Assembly (NCBI GenBank): GCA_963703285.1
Contig: OY969807.1
Coordinates: forward strand, 416,001-480,000
Origin: an uncultured Nitrososphaerota archaeon
GTDB lineage: Archaea; Thermoproteota; Nitrososphaeria; Nitrososphaerales; Gagatemarchaeaceae
DNA: 64,000 nucleotides
Direction of reading: 5' to 3'
Shown here: in pieces, positions 20,218 through 27,825 of the stretch
Position numbering within the stretch: position 1 is the stretch's first letter
Layout: every line of letters starts with the position of its first letter
Notes under the pieces: generated by a model
The model's input: only the letters and a program-made list of their open reading frames with translations
Told to the model about the DNA's origin: nothing
Databases searched by the model: none
Translations under genes and position numbers: made by a program

Positions 20218-22665
20218 TCAGTCTTTTCGCTGCTTACCCGCCGTCATGGCCGCGAAGACCGAATGTGCGGTCGTGGGAGCGCTGTCGGCCTCGGCGCCCG
20301 GCCTCACTCGCGCCAGCGCGTCGTTCAGGGCGTTGATGACGGCTGCGTACGACCCTATGGTGCCGCTCTCGCCCACACCCTTCACGCCGTTCAGCGTCAC
20401 CGTCGACGGGGTGACCCTGTGAAAGACCTCTATCTCCGGGCTCTCCACGGACGTCAGGAGCGAGTAGTCTCCTAGGTTGCACGTGAGGAGGTTGCCGCCC
20501 TCGTCATATGCGAGCTCCTCGAGGAGGCTTCCGCCTATGCCGTGGACGATGCCCCCGCGTATCTGGCCGTCGACTATGGTCTCGTTTATCATCCGTCCGC
20601 AGTCCTCCACGACGACGTACCTCGAGATCTTCTCCACCCTCCCCGAATCGGCGTCCAGGGTCAGCGCGCACAGGTGCACCCCGCTCGAGTAGCTCATCGA
20701 ACTGAGGGCGAACTTCGACTCGGCGGAGATGTCCATCCCTCCGGAGTCCTCGAGCACCTTCTCCAGCGTGGCAATCTGGGACCGTGGTTCGGTAGCCGTC
20801 ACGATGAATCCTCCCGCGAGGGAGAGGGACTTCGGCTCGACTCCCAGGGTCCTGGAGGCCCTCTCGAGGAGCTGGGCCCGCACTTTGCGTGCGGCGTCGA
20901 CGACCGCGCTTCCCCCCGTGGCCGCCGACCTGCTGCCGAAGGTCCCGATGCCGAAGGGGACGAGGTCGGTGTCCCCCCAGACCACCCTGACCCGCTCGAG
21001 GGGGACCCCTAGCTCCTCGGACGCCAGCTGTGCGAAGGCGGTCTCGTGCCCCTGCCCGTGGGGAGAAGAGCCCGTGAAGACGGTCACGTTGCCGGCGCTG
21101 TGCAGGACCACTCTGCCATACTCCGACAAGAAGGACAGGCCGCCTTCCCACGCGGAACCACCCTCCTCGCCCGTCCCGCCTCCCTCGCCAGAGGAATTCC
21201 AGGCCGACCCTCCTTCCTCTTTTGCGTCCGAGTCCTCCGATTCCTGCCACTGTCCAGAGTCCGAATCTCCACCGGCCTCCTGCTCTTCGCTGCTCCCGCG
21301 TAGGGAGATCCCTATCCCGGCTACGAGGGCATGGCCTGAACCCGCTCCCCGCCGGAAGAGAGAGTTGACCGTCTCACGCCACGTCAGGAGTTCATCGTAT
21401 CCGGACGACTTCACGAGGGTGTCCATGAGGGCCTGGTAGTCGACCCCGTCAGACCTCTCCGTCCCCACGACGTTCCTCCGCCTGAGTTCTATCGGGTCGA
21501 TACCGACCTTCTTGGCCATTATGTCCATCGCCCTCTCGATGAAGTAGCAGCCCTCCGGCAAGCCCGCGCCCCTCATCGGACCGATGGGCATCTTGTTCGT
21601 CACGTACGCCGTCACCGACAGGTCGAGGTTCGGGATGTCGTACGGCCCCGCCATGGTCTCCATCGACGCCGATGGCATGTGGACCTGCGTACCCGAGACC
21701 CCGACGTCGCACTCTATCGTTCCCTTCAGCGCGACGATCCTGCCGTCCCTGTCGCAGGCTAGGGTCACGTCGCAGTACTCGTCCCTCCCCGCCGCGCCTT
21801 CGAGGAACTCCTCCGTCCTCGTGGCGGTCCACTTGACCGTGCGCCCGGTCGACTTTGCGAACAGGCAAGCGAGGAGGGGCCACGGATAGGAGGGCCCTCC
21901 CTTGCTCCCGAAGCCCCCTCCCACGTCCACGACCCTGACGTGGAACTTCTTCTGCGGGAGACCCAGCTCTCCCGCAAGAACCCTCTGCAGTCCGTGCACT
22001 GACTGGAGCGTCGCACAGACCTCGAAGCGGTCGAGTCCCTTGTCGTAGCTCACTAGGACGCTGTGGGGCTCCATCGGCGCGGCTGCCTGGCGCCTGATGC
22101 CGAGCCTTCGGCTGATGACGTGGAGGGCTCTCGCGATCGCCTCTTCGGCGCGGCCACGCCGCTGCTGGTCGCTCTGCGAGACGTTGTCCTTCCAGTCGGA
22201 ATAAACCAGCATCCTCCCGCGTTTCGACTCCTCTATGGTAGAGACGGCGGGGAGCGCCTCGTACTCTACCTCGACCCGCTCGACGAGGTCCTCGACCGAG
22301 TACCTTTCTCTCGCCAGTATCGCGGCCACCGGCTCGCCCACGAACCTCACCTCCCCCACTGCCAGGTGGTAGCGCCTCGCCGGCCTCTGCTGGGGCCACG
22401 GATTCTGGATTACGGGGCGCACCTTCGCCTTCACGAGGTCCTCGCCGGTCAGGGATGCGATGAAGTCGGGGGAGGAACGAGCCCGGGAAAAGTCGATGCG
22501 CTTGATCCTGGCGTGCGGGTGGGGACTCAGAACCAGGCCCATGTATGCCTGGCCCTCAACGTTGACGTCGTCGAGGAAGCGAGCGGCTCCGGTGAAAAAC
22601 CTCGGGTCCTCGACCCTTCGTGGTACCTCCTCCCTCTTCTGCTCCGTGACGGCCCGTGTGATCAT
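20218..22665 (-). CDS. Xanthine dehydrogenase/CoxL-family molybdopterin large subunit
   Basis: RVEDPRFFTG, VGGGFGSKG, MRGAG, HGQGHETAFAQ, GTFGSRS, KGVGESG. Confidence 0.9.
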   Translation of the reverse strand: MITRAVTEQKREEVPRRVEDPRFFTGAARFLDDVNVEGQAYMGLVLSPHPHARIKRIDFSRARSSPDFIASLTGEDLVKAKVRPVIQNPWPQQRPARRYHLAVGEVRFVGEPVAAILARERYSVEDLVERVEVEYEALPAVSTIEESKRGRMLVYSDWKDNVSQSDQQRRGRAEEAIARALHVISRRLGIRRQAAAPMEPHSVLVSYDKGLDRFEVCATLQSVHGLQRVLAGELGLPQKKFHVRVVDVGGGFGSKGGPSYPWPLLACLFAKSTGRTVKWTATRTEEFLEGAAGRDEYCDVTLACDRDGRIVALKGTIECDVGVSGTQVHMPSASMETMAGPYDIPNLDLSVTAYVTNKMPIGPMRGAGLPEGCYFIERAMDIMAKKVGIDPIELRRRNVVGTERSDGVDYQALMDTLVKSSGYDELLTWRETVNSLFRRGAGSGHALVAGIGISLRGSSEEQEAGGDSDSGQWQESEDSDAKEEGGSAWNSSGEGGGTGEEGGSAWEGGLSFLSEYGRVVLHSAGNVTVFTGSSPHGQGHETAFAQLASEELGVPLERVRVVWGDTDLVPFGIGTFGSRSAATGGSAVVDAARKVRAQLLERASRTLGVEPKSLSLAGGFIVTATEPRSQIATLEKVLEDSGGMDISAESKFALSSMSYSSGVHLCALTLDADSGRVEKISRYVVVEDCGRMINETIVDGQIRGGIVHGIGGSLLEELAYDEGGNLLTCNLGDYSLLTSVESPEIEVFHRVTPSTVTLNGVKGVGESGTIGSYAAVINALNDALARVRPGAEADSAPTTAHSVFAAMTAGKQRKD

Positions 22666-22743
22666 CTTCAGTCAGCCGCTGCGTCGAGCGCGTCCCAGAA
22701 TAGGCTTTCGGCGCTCCCCGTCGTGACGCCGATCCCATCGGCC

Positions 22744-23304
22744 CTAGAGCTTCGCGCCGCAGCCGCCGCAGAACTTCGCGCCAGGGGAGTTCTCTGCCCC
22801 ACACGCGGAGCACTTCGACGGCCCGAGGGGCGCTCCGCAGTTGTTGCAGAACTTCCCGCCCCCGCTTTGCTGGCCGCACTGCGGGCAGATACCCGCACCC
22901 GCCTGGGCGCCCGTGACCGCTTTGGGCTCCGCCAGGGCCGCCGCGTCGGTCGAGCAGAGCGAGACGTCTGCCTTCCAGTCGTTGTCACACACGTACTTGC
23001 TGCACTTCGGGCACTGGTGGAGGTGCGCCGCAGACTCGGCGGTCGCCTTCTTCAGTGCGGCGTCGTGTTCCTTCGTCCATTCGGGCGTCTGGTAGGCCTG
23101 CCCCCCGAGCGCGCCGGCGAGGCTCGCCCTGCTCGAGAACATCGACCCGAACCTCGAGACGTCGTTGAAGACCGCCTTCTTCCTAGCTTCCTGGGAGGCG
23201 ACGAACGCCGACTCGAATCCCTTTCCGCAGGCTTCGCACTTGAAAATGAACTGAAAACCCTGTTCCGTGCTCTTGTCCTCCACGTTCGACCCTAGGGATT
23301 GCAC
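22744..23304 (-). CDS. Double zinc-ribbon domain protein
   Basis: GFQFIFKCEACG plus repeated CxxC...KFCxxCG ribbons. Confidence 0.75.
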   Translation of the reverse strand: MQSLGSNVEDKSTEQGFQFIFKCEACGKGFESAFVASQEARKKAVFNDVSRFGSMFSSRASLAGALGGQAYQTPEWTKEHDAALKKATAESAAHLHQCPKCSKYVCDNDWKADVSLCSTDAAALAEPKAVTGAQAGAGICPQCGQQSGGGKFCNNCGAPLGPSKCSACGAENSPGAKFCGGCGAKL

Positions 23305-23429
23305 GGGCCGAAGCGAGGTCGGCGGACTTTTAAGGCTTGGGACGGGCGCGGGTAACCACGACCTAGTGACGACCGGGTCCCAAACAATTGCGCGTGACGC
23401 TTAACTGCCAGAGTTTTCCAAGCAGAGCC

Positions 23430-23783
23430 ATGGCAAGCTTCGGGTTCCTGCTGACGGGCGGCCCGTATCAAACCGAGCGCTGGGAGACCGCGTGCAAGAT
23501 TGCTGACGCGGCTCTGGACCGGTCCGACAAGGTCACGTTCTTCCTCTTCCTCGACGGGGTCTACAACTGCCTCGGCACCCAGGTCTTCGCGATGATGGAG
23601 AAGCTCCCCATGGACTACTTCAAGGCGCTGCTGGCGAAGGGCGCCGTCATCTATGCCTGCGAGACGTGCTGCTACAACCGCGGGCTCGGCGAGGGGTCGA
23701 ACTTCTATCCGGGGGTCAAGATCGCAGGCGTGCCGACGGTAGCCGCGATGGCCAAGGACTGCGACAGGCTTCTGACCCTTTAG
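23430..23783 (+). CDS. DsrE/TusD-like sulfur carrier
   Basis: GPY, FLFLDGVY, ACETCCYNRG. Confidence 0.85.
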   Translation: MASFGFLLTGGPYQTERWETACKIADAALDRSDKVTFFLFLDGVYNCLGTQVFAMMEKLPMDYFKALLAKGAVIYACETCCYNRGLGEGSNFYPGVKIAGVPTVAAMAKDCDRLLTL

Positions 23784-23795
23784 GAGAGATGAGCC

Positions 23796-24056
23796 TTGAC
23801 AGTGTACCTGATAGACGAACCCTTCGCCAAGACGGGCCTCGCGTACGCCGCGAACGACGCCGGGGCGCGCATCGTGCTCTTGCAGGACGCCGTGCACATG
23901 GCCCGGAGCGGCGCCATCCCGGGAAGCGTCTTCGCCCTCGCGGACGACGTCGCGAGGAGGGGGCTCACGGGCTCCATCAGCCCGAGCGTTCAGGTGATCG
24001 GGTACGACAAGCTCGTTGAGATGATGGAGGGCGACCGCGTGGTCTGCTTCCTCTAG
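23796..24056 (+). CDS. DsrH/TusB-like protein
   Basis: VLLQDAV, ALADDVARRGL, IGYDKLVEM. Confidence 0.82.
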   Translation: MTVYLIDEPFAKTGLAYAANDAGARIVLLQDAVHMARSGAIPGSVFALADDVARRGLTGSISPSVQVIGYDKLVEMMEGDRVVCFL

Positions 24057-24067
24057 CGGTGAGATGA

Positions 24068-24418
24068 TTGCCCAAGAACATCTTCGTCTCGTTCCTGCGC
24101 CCGCCCGTCGGCAGCATCTTCTTCGTCGAGGGATTGAGGGTGGCGGGCAGCCTCGTGAAGAGCGATGACCACAACAAGGTGGTCGTCGCGTTCCTGGGAA
24201 AGGGCGCGAGGTGCGCCCTCCGCGGCGTGGAGAGGTCGTACGCCGTCAAGTTCCAGGACCTTTTCCCAGCCGAAGCTGGCAAGAGGTTCTACGTCGAGGA
24301 GGAGTCTCTGAAGGAGGAAGGCATCGACCCAGGTCAGCTGGCGGATGACTTCGCCGTCGCCTCGAGGAGGGCACTGCAGGAGATGATGCTGAAGGCGGAC
24401 CAGTGCATAAGCTTCTAG
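24068..24418 (+). CDS. DsrF/TusC-like protein
   Basis: PPVGS..EGLRVA, YVEEESLKEEGI. Confidence 0.78.
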   Translation: MPKNIFVSFLRPPVGSIFFVEGLRVAGSLVKSDDHNKVVVAFLGKGARCALRGVERSYAVKFQDLFPAEAGKRFYVEEESLKEEGIDPGQLADDFAVASRRALQEMMLKADQCISF

Positions 24419-24535
24419 AGTCGAGCCACAACTTCAGAGACCTGTTCCGGCTGATTCTCAACCCTCTCACCACCGAACTGCTTCATGACTTGAACTGCCG
24501 TCTAGACGAATGAAACAGACGTCCTTGCTGGGGGG

Positions 24536-24541
24536 TTATAT
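24536..24541 (+). promoter_or_regulatory. TATA box TTATAT upstream of the endonuclease-eS30-elp3 unit
   Basis: About 30 nt upstream of GTG 24572, a spacing like other promoters in this window. Confidence 0.5.
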
Positions 24542-24571
24542 CCGTCCTTGGTCTTACTCTAGGAACAAAAC

Positions 24572-25207
24572 GTGCAAGCGTCGAGGGAGAACCCCGGGAC
24601 GTTCGATTGTAGCATCTGTGGGGCGAAGTTCCTTCGTTCACGTCAGCTATGCGGTCACAGAGTCGGTAAACACAGCGGTCGTGTCCGTGCCAAGAATTCG
24701 TCGATTGTCCTAGATGAACTCTCGGAGATTCAAATCGGGTACCTTGCGACATTCCTAGATGGTGAGGGAGGAGTCCAGATCACTCGTTCGGAGAGGAAAG
24801 ACCGCGCATACAAAATCGCTCTCCACCCTACTGTCTACTTCACGAACACCTTTAGGCCCTCAATCGACGCATTGCACAACTGGATTAGATCAGGCACTCA
24901 GGTTGTCTCACGCACCCGTGATGGCCGCAAGGACACTCACGTCCTTCACGTGACTGGTATGAGAAACATCTTGCTCTTGCTGGAGGTGCTCGCTCCTTAC
25001 TTAATCATCAAATCTCGACAGGCAAGCGTGATGATGGAGTTTTGTCACAGCCGACTAGGCCACTACAGGGGCCAGGATCGACATTACACAGAAAGGGAGT
25101 TAGAACTATATAGCTGCCTGCATCGACTGAACGAAAGAGGTGTAACAAAGAACGCCAACGCACGGAAGTCTTACCAAGGCGGGGAAATGCGATACCGCAC
25201 CCTTTAG
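24572..25207 (+). mobile_element. Free-standing single-motif LAGLIDADG homing endonuclease with an N-terminal C2H2 zinc finger
   Basis: CSICGAKFLRSRQLCGHRVGKH zinc finger; YLATFLDGEG motif; VYFTNT; LLEVLAPYLIIK; visibly lower GC than flanks. Confidence 0.85.
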
Positions 25208-25338
25208 TCCGAGGTCAGACTCCAAAGATAGAAGGCAAGCCTAGGAAGGGAGCAATCCCCAAGGTAAGGAACCGCAAGACCTACATCAAGAGATTCACAC
25301 TCAAGCGAAAGCCAGGCCAGAATTGGCAGCGCACCTAG
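25152..25338 (+). CDS. rps30e: 30S ribosomal protein eS30 (S30e), two exons: 25152-25186 and 25206-25338
   Basis: Manual translation: exon 1 (ACG)-PTHGSLTKAGK; exon 2 VRGQTPKIEGKPRKGAIPKVRNRKTYIKRFTLKRKPGQNWQRT-stop; SD-like GAGGTG at 25137-25142. Confidence 0.92.
25187..25205 (+). other. 19-nt bulge-helix-bulge (BHB) micro-intron in rps30e
   Basis: GGC/GTC outer helix, GGGG/CCCT central 4 bp, AAA and TTA 3-nt bulges, TGCG-ATAC-CGCA intron hairpin; canonical cleavage restores the frame. Confidence 0.85.
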
Positions 25339-26927
25339 ATCGGGAGTTCACGGACCCCGAGAGGGCGGCGGTAAAGGACGTAGCATCCCAGGTCCTCCAG
25401 GGGAGGATACGGGGGAGGCCCCAGCTCGAGCGCGCGAAGCGGGAGGCCGCCGTCAACCACCACCTCTCGATGTACCTGTCCAACTCCTCGATCCTCCTCG
25501 CCCTCCCTGAAGCCGAGCGCTCCAGGTGGAGCGAGCTCCTCCGCATCCACCCCAGGAGGAGCGCCTCGGGGATAATCATCGTGACCGTCTTCTCCGCTCC
25601 CTTCGGCTGCCCTCACGGCACGTGCGTCTTCTGCCCCGGCGGGCCGCGGCTCGGCACCCCGCAGAGCTACATGCCGGATGGCCCGAGCCAGAGGATAGCG
25701 AAGGGCCTGAACTACGACCCCTATCTGCAGACCAGGCGCTCCCTGAAGAAGTACGCCGAGAAGGGGCACGAGACATCGAAGGCAGAGGCGATCATCGAGG
25801 GGGGAACGTTCATCGCCCTGCCGCAGGACTACCAGCTCCCCTTCGTCAAGAGCGTCTACGAGGGCCTCAACGGCGTCAGGTCCACCTCGCTCGAGGAGGC
25901 ACAGCGCAAGAACGAGTCTGCCTCGAGCAGGTGCGTCGGCCTGACCGTAGAGTCGAAGCCTGACTGGTGCAGGAGGGAGCACATCGACCAGATGCTCTCA
26001 TACGGCGTAACCCGCCTCGAGATCGGCGTCCAGAGCCTCCACGACGGTCCCCTCAGGGCGAGCAACCGCGGCCACACCGTGCAGGACTCCGCGGACGCCT
26101 TCCAGGTCGCCAGGGACGCGGGCCTGAAGATATGCGCGCACATGATGCCCGGGCTCCCGGAGTCGAACCCGAGCGATGACCTCCAGGACATGAGACGGCT
26201 GTTCGATGACGAGGCGTTCCGACCGGACATGTCAAAGCTCTACCCGACCCTCGTCGTGAGGGAGACGGCGCTCGCCAGGCTGGCCGAGTCGGGGCTCTAC
26301 CGACCGTACGACCTCGAGGAGGTTGTCGACCTTCTCGCCGAGATGAAGAGGTACGTCCCGAGGTGGCACAGGATCATGAGGATAATGAGGGAGATACCCG
26401 AGAAGGACATACGCGCCGGCCCCGACGCCGGAAACCTGCGGGAGCTCGTACTTCGTCGGGTCGAGGAACTCGGCTTCAGGTGCAACTGCATCAGATGCAG
26501 GGAGGTCGCCCTGGCCACCCCGCTCGACGCAGGCCCATCCGACCCCCAGTTAGTGACAACGGAGTACTCTGCCTCGGGAGGGGTGGAGACGTTTGCGTCC
26601 TTCGAGTATCCGGAGACGGGCGCCGTAGCCGCTTTCATCAGGATGAGGTCGCCCTCCGACCTGGCGCACAGGACCGAGGTGGACGGGTCGTGCATCGTCC
26701 GGGAGCTCAAGGTCTACGGAAGGGTCGTCTCGGTCGGCGAGAGGAACCAGGACGCCTGGCAGCACAGGGGGCTTGGGAAGGCCCTCTTGGGAGAGATGGA
26801 GAAGGTGGCCCGTGAACGCTTCGGCGCCAAGCGCATTCTTGTGATGAGCGCCGTCGGGACGAGAAACTACTACAGGAAGTTCGGCTACGAGAGGTGCGGC
26901 CCGTACATGAGCAAGCCGCTTCGTTAA
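25323..26927 (+). CDS. elp3: Elp3 radical-SAM/KAT tRNA U34 acetyltransferase
   Basis: CPHGTCVFCPGG, PQSY, IIEGGTF, ESKPDWC, RELKVYG, QHRGLG. Confidence 0.95.
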   Translation: MAAHLDREFTDPERAAVKDVASQVLQGRIRGRPQLERAKREAAVNHHLSMYLSNSSILLALPEAERSRWSELLRIHPRRSASGIIIVTVFSAPFGCPHGTCVFCPGGPRLGTPQSYMPDGPSQRIAKGLNYDPYLQTRRSLKKYAEKGHETSKAEAIIEGGTFIALPQDYQLPFVKSVYEGLNGVRSTSLEEAQRKNESASSRCVGLTVESKPDWCRREHIDQMLSYGVTRLEIGVQSLHDGPLRASNRGHTVQDSADAFQVARDAGLKICAHMMPGLPESNPSDDLQDMRRLFDDEAFRPDMSKLYPTLVVRETALARLAESGLYRPYDLEEVVDLLAEMKRYVPRWHRIMRIMREIPEKDIRAGPDAGNLRELVLRRVEELGFRCNCIRCREVALATPLDAGPSDPQLVTTEYSASGGVETFASFEYPETGAVAAFIRMRSPSDLAHRTEVDGSCIVRELKVYGRVVSVGERNQDAWQHRGLGKALLGEMEKVARERFGAKRILVMSAVGTRNYYRKFGYERCGPYMSKPLR

Positions 26928-26952
26928 AAGCGCACGGATCCGACGGGTCCAC

Positions 26953-27618
26953 GTGCAGAAGATAGGGGACTGCCCCTTCGCGGACGACGTCCTCTTCGAC
27001 GTCGAGCGAGGCGTCTGGGCCAGGATGTCCGGGGGGCTGGTCACCGTGGGGATAGACACCATACAGGCCTGGATCAGCGGCCCCTTCACGGCCGTCACGT
27101 TCAAGGAGCTGGGCGCGGTCGTCGACCGCTGGAAGAGCCTCGGGTCGGTCGAGGGACCCCGCCACTTCGACGTCGTGAGGTCGCCGCTGAGCGGGCGCGT
27201 CGTCGCGGTCAACGGGTCGCTCCTCGCCGACCCCGGGCTACTCAACCACGATCCGTACGGGGAGGGGTGGTTCGCGAAGCTGGCACCGCTGAAGCTCGAG
27301 GACGAGAAGGGCGGCTTGCTCTCCCTTGGTGCCGCGAGACCCGCCCTCGAGCGGAAGATCGGGGAGCTCAAGGTCAGGTGCTTCGCCGACTTCCCCGACT
27401 ATGAGATGTTCGAGATAGGCTCGGAGTGCGCGGGCATCCTCGTCAAGCTCGACGAGCTAATCTCGCGCTCCCCCATAGGCGCGGTTGTGCACCTCGTCTC
27501 GGACGACCCGACGGCCGAGGTCGAACTCGTAGCCTGGGGCGAGCGGACGGGTCAGGAGGTTCTAGAGAGCAGGAAGGAGGGGAACCTGTATCACTTCATC
27601 ATAAAGAAGACCCACTAG
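26953..27618 (+). CDS. GcvH-like domain fused to a C-terminal TusA/SirA domain
   Basis: SPLSGRVVAVN..LNHDPYGEGW (GcvH); VHLVSDDPTAEVELVAWGERTGQEVL..YHFIIKK (TusA). Confidence 0.82.
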   Translation: MQKIGDCPFADDVLFDVERGVWARMSGGLVTVGIDTIQAWISGPFTAVTFKELGAVVDRWKSLGSVEGPRHFDVVRSPLSGRVVAVNGSLLADPGLLNHDPYGEGWFAKLAPLKLEDEKGGLLSLGAARPALERKIGELKVRCFADFPDYEMFEIGSECAGILVKLDELISRSPIGAVVHLVSDDPTAEVELVAWGERTGQEVLESRKEGNLYHFIIKKTH

Positions 27619-27825
27619 GGGATGGTTTGGCGCGCCTAGTCTTCAAGGGACGGCGGCGAAGGGCCCGAGGAGCTGGGCACTCGCGTCCACGCTGCTTTGG
27701 CTGTTCTCTTTGGGGCGTCTCGGCAGTCGCCTCGCAGTTCGTGTTCGACGCCTACTCATCCCCTCCGCTGGCGGATTCACGAAGAAATAAATAACATACG
27801 ATGTAATGCGAAAGCTGCCAAAAGA

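Noticed and set aside
24541-25166. Long-range pairing TTGG-TCTT (24548-55) with AAGA-ACG-CCAA (25148-58) as a large intron boundary
   Set aside because: The 5' arm lies between the TATA box and the expected start site, there is no intron-side helix, and splicing would not create a sensible start codon
24430-25235. Group I intron around the LAGLIDADG ORF (TCAGAGAC at ~24434, AAAGATA at ~25224)
   Set aside because: The downstream S-like sequence is eS30 coding sequence, no P3-P7 core could be built, and there is no interrupted host exon upstream
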